Of a DNA stretch of 64,000 bases, positions 26,941 to 40,527 are shown piece after piece; position 1 is the stretch's first letter; every line of letters starts with the position of its first letter. The notes below the pieces were generated by a model, which was not told the origin of the DNA, did no database searches, and was given only the letters and a program-made list of their open reading frames with translations. A program made the translations under genes and the position numbers. The DNA is from Octopus vulgaris. Its lineage: Eukaryota. The DNA is taken from the NCBI GenBank assembly GCA_951406725.2, contig OX597838.1, positions 2,790,001 to 2,854,000 on the forward strand, given 5' to 3'.

Positions 26941-27559
26941 TGGTCTGCGCAAGTCTGCGTGTGTATAAACAAATATGTGCGTATATGTGTGTGGTTGTTA
27001 GGATCTCTACGAAAAACTCGGTAACTCAGAGTAACAGCAGAGAGTAAATGCAACTTGGAATAAATAATTACTGACGAATCGGCGGATATTCTTCTTCAAA
27101 TAATTGTTGGAAGTCTATAAAGAACCATGAAATACAAAATTTGTTTTGATATGATATGTTTTCAGAAGTTTTCGGATTCTTCAGTTGGTGTAAAGATCAC
27201 AAAGGAACTACTGAAGTTCCAGTCTTAGGAAAAAACATCTTTGAAACGTATATTCTTTGTTAAGCACTTGCTAGCTTCTCTGACTAGCGGATTGTTGACT
27301 AAGTTATTATTTATGTTTACGTCAAGAAACATAACTATGGAACGAAATCAAAGCCATAATGTATCTATGTTATTCTGCTATGGTACGGCGCTGTTTCTGA
27401 AGAGCTCACAATCTAAATACGTTGGGCTATATTCTTTTCTGTGGGCTATATTCTTTTCTAAATCAGAGAAAATGCGATTGCTTGGTGTTGGACCTACAGT
27501 CCGAGCGAACAATGTACAGTGGCTGCCTTGCTTCGAATCTAAAGAGAAATCTATCAGTC

Positions 27560-27625
<66 letters not shown>

Positions 27626-27843
27626 GTGTGTGAATCTGACGAAGGCTTCCGAATGACTGAGTTTTATCCTTGTAAAAAATAAAATAAATATAATAATCTA
27701 CTCAAGTAGATTGAAACATTCCTCGATTTTAGCCTGGCTACTTTACACCTTAATTACAGGTAAAGATAAATATAAAACGAACATTATAGAAAGAGAGACA
27801 CACACATCTATATTGATAGATAGATAGATAGATATATATAGAT

Positions 27844-27926
<83 letters not shown>

Positions 27927-28095
27927 TACACGCGTACGCGCATGGTCGGGTTGTCGACAACCAAACAGGAAACCCCACCAAGCTGGTATGGAGAGATGAA
28001 AACAAGGCCTAATTTTATGAAAGATGTATATATATATATATATATATATTAAGGATTCAAAGGAATCTGGTACTTAAATAATAGGTACCTGATTA

Positions 28096-28148
28096 TTTAC
28101 AAGTTCAATTTCGACCCTACCTGGTAGGTTCGAAATTGAACTTGTAAA
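28096..28148. repeat. 53-nt near-perfect palindrome followed by a ~30-bp direct repeat
   Basis: TTTACAAGTTCAATTTCGACCCTACC-T-GGTAGGTTCGAAATTGAACTTGTAAA has one mismatch. TTGTAAACAACAGCTTAT..C.GTTAAAA is repeated at 28142 and 28174. Confidence 0.9.
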
Positions 28149-28370
28149 CAACAGCTTATATCCTGTTAAAAATTTGTAAACAACAGCTTATGTCCAGTTA
28201 AAACCCCAGGTTGTGTATTCAGAGTATTTAACCCTTATGAGTATTTTTATAGCCTAATGTTTAATCCATTAGTGTACGTTGTGATAGTCGAACTTTAGTT
28301 GGCACACTCCAGAATATCTGACGGGTCGAGATTCAAGTAAGGTGTATTATAAACAAATGAGTAATAAATT

Positions 28371-28597
28371 GATGGATATGCGTCACTTCATCACAGCTGT
28401 TTCCAGCAGTTTTCTTTAATATATTAATGAGAACATTATATCAAGCCAGCTTTGGCTAGAATCATGTCGAACTCGCCCACTGAGATAAAAGTGCAGTCCT
28501 CATAATATTTTGGAATCTATGTATAGTTATAATGTACTCATAAATATATTAAAGAAATCCGCTGGAAACAGCTGTGATGAAGTGACGCGTATCCATC
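28371..28597. repeat. ~70-bp imperfect inverted repeat containing GAAACAGCTGT (hammerhead 3' half)
   Basis: 28371-28440 is the reverse complement of about 28528-28597 with roughly 5 mismatches. Confidence 0.85.
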
Positions 28598-28619
28598 TTT
28601 TTCGTATTTATTTATTAGT

Positions 28620-28650
<31 letters not shown>

Positions 28651-28860
28651 GCAATAAGAAAATGGAGGTGATCAACAAGTAGTTTATCAACTTTTAGACA
28701 TTATATTATGTTAACTTATTTATTTCTTTACTAAACTGATAATTACAATAATATACATACATATAACATTATACTTTACATATAAGATATAAAATAGAGT
28801 AATATATAAGGATACCAGTAATTATTATAAAATAACAAACATGAATATAAATTGCGAAAA

Positions 28861-28987
28861 TAACTTACAGCTGTTTCAGCCAAAAGGTAAAAATACCTGA
28901 TTCTACTTTTATTACTCAAATGGAGTGAAGTAATAGGTGGATGAAATTGAGGTACTTGGGTATATACCTAGGCTTCGTCAAAGATTA
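28861..28987 (-). ncRNA. Type I hammerhead motif with long extended helix II (C3U variant)
   Basis: Minus strand: TAATCT-TTGACGA-AGCC...(nested AGGTA/TACCT, AGTACCT/AGGTATT, TATTACT/AGTAATA)...GGCT-GAAA-CAGCTG-TA-AGTTA. Confidence 0.62.
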
Positions 28988-29058
28988 TAAAGTACATAAT
29001 GCTAAGTTATAAATAAATATAAATATAAAATAAATAAAAATGCACACACATTTAAATA

Positions 29059-29110
<52 letters not shown>

Positions 29111-29187
29111 GATAGATAGATATACATATACATACATATATAGATATACATAAATACCTATATATATATATATATACTGAAATATAA

Positions 29188-29460
29188 CATCTTGCTCGTG
29201 AAATTAACGTGCAAGTGGCTGAGTACTCCACAGACACGTGTACCCCTAACATAGTTCTCAGAGAGATTCAGCGTGACGCAGGGTGTGACAAGACTGGCCC
29301 TTTCAAATACAGGTACAGCTCATTTTTGCCAGTTGAGTGGACTGGAGCAATGTGAAATAAAGTGTCTTGCTCAAGGACACAGCGCGTCGCCGGGAATTGA
29401 ACTCAATGACCTTACGATCGCGAGACGAATGCTCTAACCACTGAGCCACGCACCTTCACA
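29188..29460 (-). mobile_element. SINE family C
   Basis: Minus strand: GCGTGGCTCAGTGGTTAGAGC (A-box)...GAGTTCAATTCC (B-box)...TGTCCTTGAGCAAGACACTT core...GTGTCTGTGGAGTACTCAGCCACTTGCACG tail. Confidence 0.92.
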
Positions 29461-29464
29461 TGTG

Positions 29465-29527
<63 letters not shown>

Positions 29528-29584
29528 TGATTAATTATTTGTGCAGATTTGCTTCCATATTTTCTGAATTGTTTTACAAATAAT

Positions 29585-30140
29585 TTCTTACTCAGACACA
29601 AGGCCAGGAATTTGTAGGGAAGGCAAGCAGTCGTTAACATTATCCCCATTAGATGACTGGTATATAGATTTATCAACCCCAAAATTATGAAAGGCGAATT
29701 TTACGTGATCTAGTGCGTAACTGGTACTTAATTTATCGACCCCGAAAGGATGAAAGGCAAAGTCGACCTCGGCGGAATTTGAACTCAGAACGTAACGGCA
29801 GACGAAGTACCGCTAAGCATTTCGCCCGACATGCTAACGTTTCCGCCAGCTCGCCGCCTTATTCTTAGCGCCATTTCGTCCGCCTTTACGTTCTGAGTTC
29901 AATTTCTGCTGAGGCTGACTTTCCCTTCATCCTTCCGAGTTGCGTAATCGACGCAACCCCTCCCCCACAATTTCTGGCCTTGATCCAAAATTTGAAACCA
30001 ATATAGGGACAAATCCTGAGGTTTTGGAGAGGGGTTAGTTGATACCATCGACTCTAGTATTTGACTCGTATTTTATTTCATCAACCCTGGAATGATAAGC
30101 AGTAAAGTTGACCTCAGTGAGATATGAGCCCAGAACATAA
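29585..30140. mobile_element. Cluster of four SINE family B pieces in mixed orientation (-, -, +, -)
   Basis: Young minus copy at 29708-29860, plus copy at 29865-30002, older minus pieces at 29585-29700 and 30005-30140. Confidence 0.85.
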
Positions 30141-30613
30141 ATAGCGAGAGTAAATATGAGAAAGCAATGCTTTCGAGGCTAGAACAATTTGGATCATACC
30201 CTTCAATAATTGTCTTTAAAAATACTCTAAAAGTTTTAAAATAATCCGAGTTTTTGAAGTACCCAACGTATAACAGACTATGTCAACGTTGTGGTTCCAT
30301 ACTTTGTAAAGAGTTACGTCCGTAGACCATCGCAGAATTAGAGAATGAGATATCTAAAGAAACAATGGACAGAATAAGCATTGACGGAAATCAAAGAATG
30401 GGTCTCTTGTTTGACAGGATAATGTGAAGCGACGTCTGGTGGGGGGCGTTGTTTTTCAAATTGCTGGTTTACAAATCTATAATGATATATATGGCTTATA
30501 TTAAAGTTTTAGCCACATATACGTCTAAGTGTGTGTATTTGTGCTCATAGGATACATATATGTGTATGTGAATGAATGTAATGTATGTATGTATGTATGT
30601 ATGTATGTATGTC

Positions 30614-30682
<69 letters not shown>

Positions 30683-30777
30683 GTAGTATATATAATTTAT
30701 ACAAATATGAAAATGAATGTGTGTGCGTGTGTATGTACGTATGTATCCATGTATATATACGTATGAATATATACGTA

Positions 30778-30891
<114 letters not shown>

Positions 30892-31099
30892 CATGTGTGT
30901 GTGCGTATATGTGTGTATAGATATCAGATACGAATTCATACATACATACATACATACATAAGAATGCGATATTCGAGAGCCAAAACAACGAAGAAAGTCC
31001 GTCGCCATCGTCGTCGCTACTCCTTGTCAGAAATAGACGAAATAAACAACGCCAACACTAACAACATCAACTTCATCTATCATAATTATTCGTCGATGC

Positions 31100-31331
<232 letters not shown>

Positions 31332-32139
31332 TTCTTTTGAAATCTATTTTTCTTTTCAGTTTCTAGAAACTTCTCTCTTTATATACTGTTTTTTTTTATT
31401 GTTATTATCGAACTTTATCAATAATCTTTTTTCCTATTTTTTCTGGTTTAATTCTTTCGTATTTTTTTCAAGAATATTTTCTTTCTTTCTTTCTTTTCTT
31501 CAATTCTTTTGTGATTTCGTGTTTATTTTTCTCCTTTCACTGAAAGATATTTCTCTCTTTCTTAGAAATATTTCTTCAAATTACCAACATTTATTTATTA
31601 TTTTTATCATTTCTTCAAATATCCAACCCTTTTGCGAGTTTTATGGGTTTTTTTTTAGTTTTGTTTTGCGGGTATGTTTTTTTTTCTCAATTTCCTCTAA
31701 CTTCCACCCTGTACCAGCCACCCCTATACAAACCACCCCTACACAGGTACCTCCCCCCCATACCAACCACAAATACTGTTTTGTTTCTTTGCATTTACCG
31801 TTCTTCTCAGTGTTATCACTTCCTTCTATAAAAGGTTCATAAACTTATGTTGTGTGTGTGTGTGTGTGTGTATTTGTGTGTGTGTGTGTGTGTGTGTGTT
31901 TGTGTATATTTATGTAAGCATTTAAGTACATATATTCATATGTATGCGCATGTATGTCTACCTGTCTGTATGTACGTACGTACGTATGTATGTATGTATG
32001 TACAAACATGCATGTACACTCGGCATACGCGAGCCAAAACAACATTATACACACAGACAGACAAACAGACAAGTAGTCAGACAGACATACAGAACAACAC
32101 ACACACACACACACACACACAAACAGACACAGACACAGA

Positions 32140-32271
<132 letters not shown>

Positions 32272-33521
32272 GTCCGTTACAGGCAGCACATTGTCTCTTG
32301 AACTTTCACGGCTTAGAAAGGCCAAATTGATCGTCAGACAGAAAACTTAAAGATGTTATGTTTTAACAACCCTTAATGTTTACGAAAAGACTTCCGGTTG
32401 TGCAACTCGAGCCAAAAGTTCTTCATGGGACACAATTCGTTGCCAATAGACACTAGCAGAATGAAATTCCATTATGGTGTCTGTACCATTGACGAACCGC
32501 AGAAAGAATTATTAGAAAAGTAATCGAAACATATGAGGCCATTAGAGAAAATTATTGGAAAATGGTGAAGAAACCTGTTCAGGAATTTATAGAATTGCAG
32601 ACGATCATATTGAGTTCTTGAAGCTCAATTAATGGTTGAAACCAGAAGGAAATGGTCTAGTTGTTATGTATGAAGATAATAGAGAGGCTGTGAGGATATA
32701 AAATAGAGTCTGTAATGTTTCGTTGTTGGTCCATATAATTTCTTGTCGGTTGACTATGCATTTAGAATAAAGAGAACCAATTGGAATAGTTTATTATGCA
32801 AAAGACATGGAACGGAATTAGAGACTGGAGAATATTTGTTGGTAGAACTACCATTCTATAGGAGAGTCACCAACAACAACAACAACGAAAAAGAACGAGA
32901 AGATTTAATCTGGAATCTTTATTAACTGCAAAATACGAAATAAAAATCAGCATGGTCGCAGTCACGTGACTGAAACAAGTAAACGAATATAAGAATACAT
33001 GTGTGTGTGTGTGTGTGCGTGTGTGCTTATGGGTGTGTGCGTGTGTGTGTGTGTGCATGTGTGTATGTGCGTGTGTGTGTATGTGTGTGTGTGTGTGTGT
33101 ATGTGTGTGTATGTGTGTGTGTGCGTATGGGTGTGTGCGTGTGTGCATGTGTGTGTGTGCATGTGTGTATGTGCGTGCGTGTGTGTGTATGTGTGTCTGT
33201 GTGTTTGTGTGTGCGTGTATGTGCGCGTGTATATGCATGTGTGTGTGTGAGAGAGAGAGTGAGTATTTTATGTATGTGTATGTATATGTATGCATGTGTG
33301 TGTGTGTGTAGAAACCCCTGTCCTTGCAACTGGCGGATGCCTATCGAAACATTGACGGAACCAAATTGAGAATCCTGTCAAGCGGAACCTAAAACCTTCA
33401 TCTACCCCAAATGGTGGGTGATGACATCCCACCCGGCGATCGTTCTGGAGAAACAGAATTCATAAAATCAGTCACACACACACACACACCTACATATTCA
33501 TTCATACAAACATACATACAT

Positions 33522-33720
33522 ATCTTTTAGTTGTTACTTGTATCAGTCATCAGACTGCGGCCATGCTGGGGCACCGCCTTGAAGAATTTTAGTCGAACGA
33601 ATCGACCCCAGGACTAATTTTTTTAAGCCTGGTACTGATTCTATTGGTCTCTTTTGCCGAACCACGAGGTCACGTAAACACACTTTATCAAGCGGTGGCA
33701 GTGGAGGGACAAACACACAC
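33522..33720 (-). mobile_element. SINE family A, 3' half
   Basis: CAGTCATCAGACTGCGGCCATGCTGGGGCACCGCCTT...GGTCTCTTTTGCCGAACC. Confidence 0.85.
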
Positions 33721-33724
33721 ACAC

Positions 33725-33761
<37 letters not shown>

Positions 33762-33800
33762 AAGTAGTGAGAAAGCGAGACAGGAGGAGGAAAGAGAGAC

Positions 33801-33855
<55 letters not shown>

Positions 33856-33878
33856 TAGATAGATATATATATATATAT

Positions 33879-33979
<101 letters not shown>

Positions 33980-33998
33980 TAGATAGATATATATATAT

Positions 33999-34073
<75 letters not shown>

Positions 34074-34234
34074 TGTATGCATGACGTGGAGATGTCTCTT
34101 TCCGGTGACCTTATTTGCCATTCCATCCACTGAAAGTCCCGTGACAACAGAAAAGGGGCAACTTATACAGACCTAACCAGTTGGAAGCGTACAATAAGTA
34201 TGAGCTTTCGTCTGTCGCGTATATTTCAAACGAA

Positions 34235-34860
34235 CCGGTTTCTAACCTAGATCCAAAGCTCCTTCATTGCAATTTCAACATCAACAGGGTATTTCTGTTT
34301 GTATGTATGCATGTATGTATGTATGTATGTATGTATGTATGTATGTATGTATGTATGTATGTATGTATGTATGTATGTATGTATGTATGTATGTATGTAT
34401 GTATGTATGTATGTATGTATGTATGTATGTATGTGTATGTATCTATGTATGTATGTATGTGTGTATGTATGTATTCTCATGCATATACTTGCATATCTAG
34501 ACATGCTGATATATAGCTTAAATGATAAACTTCTGAAAAGTTTTACAGATAAGGTTCCAGTGATGGATTCGATCTGTAGTCTTCAAATTAGCTTTCTCCC
34601 TTCTGGTTTTGAGAAGCCTAATTTCTCAATATTGGTATTTAGGCAGTACGTTACATATCCCAGGGCCCCAATAATTACAGGTATAAACCTGAACTTGCAA
34701 CCTGGATAGAGTAACTGCAGATTTCTCAATATTATTTCAGCCTAGGTGTTCTCTTTTTCGCTGATCTTCAGCTTTATGTCAACATCCGGAGGGCAGCTAA
34801 TTTCCACAACTGTGCACAGTTTCTCTTCTCTATCCCAAATCATTATATCAGGTCTGTTGT
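34235..34860 (-). mobile_element. 5'-truncated RLE-type non-LTR retrotransposon (R4-like endonuclease C-terminus and 3' UTR) embedded in (CATA)n
   Basis: Minus 34858-34518: NRPDIMIWDREEKLCTVVEISCPPDVDIKLKISEKENT*AEIILRNLQLLYPGCKFRFIPVIIGALGYV...LQIESITGT, then after a frameshift ICKTFQKFII*. Shows the PD-(D/E)xK RLE motif and P(V/I)IIGALG. Confidence 0.88.
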
Positions 34861-35227
34861 ATGTATGTATGTATGTATGTATGTATGTATGTATGTATGT
34901 ATGTATGTATGTATGTATGTATGTATGAATATGTATGTGTATGCACGTATGTATATGCATGCATGTTTGTACATAGGTATCTGTTCTGTACGTATCTGGA
35001 ACGTGGATGAGCTTGTACGGGCAAGCCTACCTGTCGCTTCATGCCTCCTCCCCCCTACACATAATTAACACCTGTCGATATGCCTCTATGAATATCTTGT
35101 TATATACAGATCTTGTATGTTTCGTGAGTATTGAATCCTTCTTCCATTTCTCTTGACGCATCACTTCACCCTTCTTTTATCTTCCGTTTCCTCATTTTCC
35201 CCATTTTTGTTTCCCGGCTCCTTATTT

Positions 35228-35547
35228 GTGAAGGGGCGTGGCTTAGTGGTTAGGGTATTCAGCTCACGATCGCAAGGTCATGAGTTCAATTCCCCGTCGC
35301 GCGTTTTGTCCTTGAGCAAGACACTTTATTTCACATTGCTCCAGCCAACTCAGCTGGCAAAAGCGAGTTATACCTGTAATTCAAACGGGGCCAGCCTTGT
35401 CACATTCTGTGTCATGGAGAATCTCCCTTAGAGCTACATTAAGGGTTACATGTGTCTGTGGAGTGCTCAGCCACTTGCAATTTAATTTCACAAACAGGCT
35501 GATCCGCTGATCGGATCAATTGGAACACTCGTCTTCGTAACCGATGG
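35228..35547 (+). mobile_element. SINE family C
   Basis: GGCGTGGCTTAGTGGTTAGGG...GAGTTCAATTCC...GTCCTTGAGCAAGACACTT...GTGTCTGTGGAGTGCTCAGCCACTTGC. Confidence 0.92.
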
Positions 35548-35652
35548 AGGACCAGTTCGAATATAATCGAAATACCAAAAGCTCAAAATGGCACCTCCCT
35601 CAGTTTCTCATAACCATTTATATAAATTTCTTATTACAATATTTCATTCTAG

Positions 35653-36052
35653 TAAGGCGGCGAGCTGGCAGAGAGGTTAGCACGTCGGGCGAAATGCTTA
35701 GCGGTATTTCATCTGCCGCTACGTTCTGAGTTCAAATTCCGCCGAGATCGACTTTGCCTTTCATCCGTTCAGGGAAGATAAATTAAGTACCAGTTACGCA
35801 CTGGGGTCGATGTAATCGACTTAATCCGTTTATCTGTCCTTGTTTGTCCCCCTCTATGTTTAGCCCCTTGTGGGTAATAAAGAAATAGGTATTTCGTCTG
35901 TCTTTACGTTCTGAGTTCAAATTCCGCCGTGGTCGACTTTACCTTTCGGGGTCGATAAATCAAGTACCAGTTGCATACTGGATCGATCTAATCGATTAAC
36001 TCCCCCCCCCCCCGAAAATTTTGGGCCTTTCGCCTACATTACAAAAGAATAT
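35653..36052 (+). mobile_element. SINE family B dimer
   Basis: Full head, then a second body restarting at GTATTTCGTCTG (about 35889) with a different tail. Confidence 0.92.
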
Positions 36053-37063
36053 TCCATTCTTTAGATTGTGAGCTCTAAGATAGATGTGATTATTCAAAAT
36101 AATCACATCTATCTTAAGTCGTCAGTCTCGTTCTCACGAGAACATAAACTCCGTCATTATCCTCATCAGCATCATCAGCATCAGCATCATCATGGTCGAC
36201 ATTTTATTTTCTTCGTTATTTCCTTCAGCGTTTTTGATAATCCTCCTGATCAGTAATATGTCAAACTACAGTTTCACCTTATCGTCCCCCCCCCCTCACT
36301 TTACCAAGACATCTTATTAACCTCCGCTCAAGGCCAACTTTCCAATCTAGGCCATGCCTATCAGTCCTACTTCCGAGCAACTCGTTGTTTGTTACATCTA
36401 ATAGCACACGTCTTTAAATTTATCTCCCTTTTTTCTTCCCCTCTTCTCTTCCTAAACGTTGTATCTCTCCGTTTCATTTTCTCTTTCTCTCTCATTCTAC
36501 CTGTTTTCCCCCTTATATTCTCCATGTTTTCTCCTGCTATTTTCCATGTTTCTTCCTTCTCGTTCATTCTATGTTCCATTATTTTTCAGCTCTGGCACCA
36601 ATCTAATTTCCTAGCTTTGAAAAGGTCACAAGGACTGAACCAGAATTATAAATCTCTCAACTTGTCGATAATAAACTTCTATCGTTAACTCTACATCTTC
36701 TGCTATTGAGTACTTTATTTACTATATAAAGCCTTAAATGTAATTGAGTGGTTGTTTGTTTGTGTGTATGTGATTGTGAGCGGGGGGGAAGAGGTATTTT
36801 TTACTGAGTTTCTACGTATCCTACCCTGCGTCCATTATAAATTTCAACATCATTTTATTTATACCATAATTATCGTTTCTCCCTTCTTTTCTCCTACTAC
36901 TACTACTACTACTAACTCTTTCTCGTCTTTTTCTCCTCCTACTTTTCATTCATCTTCTTCCTTTTCATCTCCGTGTTCTTCCTCTTCACCACATCTCCTT
37001 CTTCTTCTTCTCCTTCTTCTTCTTCTTCTTCTTCTTCTTCTTCTTCTTCTTCTTCTTCTTCTT

Positions 37064-37137
<74 letters not shown>

Positions 37138-37669
37138 GCCACTACTACTACTACTACTACTACTACTATTTCTTATTTGTACTCTTTTTCACCTTCTTCG
37201 TCTTCTTCACACTTTGCTTCTACTGCTACTACAACTATTCTTCTTCTTCGCCTTCTTCTTTTTCTTTGTCTTATTCTTCTACTGTGTCCTATGCGTATTC
37301 TTCTTCATCTTCTTCCTCTATTTTCGCTTCTTCTTCTGTTTTCTTCTTCTCCTACTACCACTACCACTACTATCTTATATAATCATCCCTTCTTATTCTC
37401 AGCTGCTATATTTCTTATCCCAGCGCTTGCATCCGCCCACCCTGTTTTCAATCTTGGCCTATCAGTATGTGACCACAATTGCCCATTCACCACCCTCCTA
37501 CCTCGCCACCCTTCCATTGCAATCTTCTTCCATCTCCACCGTTTCATCCGTGGATGTCTTTGACAATTTGCAGGATATTCTTTATTGTTTACATCACCGT
37601 TACAAAACGCTGGCGGAGAAAGCATTGGTGTTGAAACCTGAGAGAGAAGTGCGTAGGCAAATACGTATA

Positions 37670-38150
<481 letters not shown>

Positions 38151-38263
38151 TATAAACACGCATATACATACTGTATGCATAAGTATTATATGTATATACA
38201 TGTATAATCATAAAAACATACGTTCACACTTAAATACATATATACATGTATGTCCAGCTACAG

Positions 38264-38300
<37 letters not shown>

Positions 38301-38497
38301 AATATAGATAGATAGATAGATAAATGTGAAAATACCGAAACATAAATACATGCGTACGTATGTATATGCAATCGTATAGACAATATGAATAAATAAATAG
38401 ACACACTTACATGCATACATATGTACATATTGTGTGTGATTCTGTATGTGTGTATAGACACATACATAAACGTATAAATGCATTCATATACACCCAC

Positions 38498-38536
<39 letters not shown>

Positions 38537-39013
38537 TATATGCATATATGTGTAGATGTAGATGTGCATGCCAATAGGAAGGCATCTCGCGCAAATACAA
38601 ACGCTCTTAAAAGAGACCGATATAGAAAAAATATCTGCAAACAAGAGAATGTCATCTTAAGTTGTGTTTGTTGAGATGACTATTGTCAATATGGCGGAGA
38701 TTTATAGCTGGTCGCCATCTTTAACAAAACTGCTCTTTCTCTGGCTCTGAGGGAGAACATCATTGAGAATAGATAGGGTCCTGTGGGAAATGTTATTGTT
38801 AAGATAATAGTGTGGATTGTTAGAGGGAGAGAGGAAGAGAGAGAGGGAGGATGAATGAGAGAGAGAGAGAGGGTGAGTAGAGATGAGATTGAGATAAGAA
38901 TCGGAGAGATATGCTGCCATATGGATTTACATAGAAATGGAGGCTGAGAGAGTTCGAGGAGAATATATGAGAGGGAGATAATTGAATAGATAGATAGGTA
39001 GATAGATAGATAG

Positions 39014-39053
<40 letters not shown>

Positions 39054-39928
39054 CACATAGCTTTCTTATTGGCTCGTTATATCCATGTTTCATATTTTCT
39101 GTCACAGGAGTTTACGATTTCTGGTCGATGACGTCATGCCTTCTGAATTACTGCTAATTATTTTCTTTTTCATTTGCTAATAAGTAAATTCGTTCATTTG
39201 TTGATCTGAAATTAACTCTTAGATCTAATTTCTATTGCTTTTTTTTTATTTTTTATTATTGGCTTGCTTTTGTTTGTTTTTTTAATTTTTGCTATCGATA
39301 TGATTTCGCTATCGATATATTTTCGCTGACGATATATTTTCGCAAATCATCTAGTTTTGAACAGAATTCTCAATTGCTGTCATCAAGTATTATTTTTACA
39401 GAACCAGTTTTCGTTTCGCCTGCGTCATACAACGTGTTTCGATGACTCCTTGCTGTAAACGCATCGGCAGTCGTTGTGAAAGAGTGGTAGAAGTCTGACC
39501 AATACAACAAACAGAAGTATGAAGTTTACAATTTAATTTTGCTAATTGTGAATTACAACGAGCATAAGAAGTTTACTCAACGCTTCGAGGCATTGAAGTC
39601 TGTCTGCGATTATTCTGAAGGAGGGAGATTTTAGTTTTGGTGCTCTCGTAGTATATCCTCAGGGCAAAAGCTGTGTTTGGCTTTCATCTAGTTTCTGGTG
39701 TATTTCATTATTAAATTTAATAACGTATTATTCTATATCTCTGATGCGGAGCGTATTTCGTGCTGTATGTGTGTGCCTGTGTGTGAGTAGGTGTGAGTGT
39801 GGGTGGGTGTGTAGATAGATTGTAGATCGATAAAGACAGAGAAAGAGATGTGTGTGTTTCTATGTGTATATGTAAGCGTTTCTATGCATATATACACACT
39901 TCAGGCATATATTCAGAATTATGTGAAG

Positions 39929-40034
<106 letters not shown>

Positions 40035-40226
40035 CATGATTAATATACATATGAAATTATATATTCTAGATATATGTTAAATACATATATATTTTTAACA
40101 TATTCATTTATATGTATATAAATGTACACACACACATATATACATATATATATGTATGTATACTTATAAATTTATGTACATATACATATGTATATATGTA
40201 TATTCATATGTATTTGTGTGTGTGTA

Positions 40227-40370
40227 TGAAAGGGCGTGACCCAGTAGTTACTGTGCTAGAGCTCACAATCTAAAGGTTATGGGTTCGGTTTCAGGACTAG
40301 GTGGTGTGCTACTTCCTTGAGCAAGGAACTTCATTTCATGTTATTCCTGTCTTCTCAGTTGAAAACAAGC
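40227..40370 (+). mobile_element. SINE family C, old truncated copy
   Basis: GGGCGTGACCCAGTAGTTA...GGGTTCGGTTTC...TCCTTGAGCAAGGAACTTCATTTCA. Confidence 0.7.
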
Positions 40371-40387
40371 ACCGACCAAGATTAGTT

Positions 40388-40485
<98 letters not shown>

Positions 40486-40490
40486 TGTAA

Positions 40491-40527
<37 letters not shown>

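Noticed and set aside
27636-27665. CTGACGAAGGCTTCCGAATG hammerhead-like core (also CTGACGA at 27071)
   Set aside because: No GAAA followed by a palindromic helix III, and no helix I.
28438-28460. TATCAAGCCAGCTTTG, miR-2-like
   Set aside because: Deletion in the seed and no precursor hairpin; it lies in the spacer of a repeat-derived inverted repeat.
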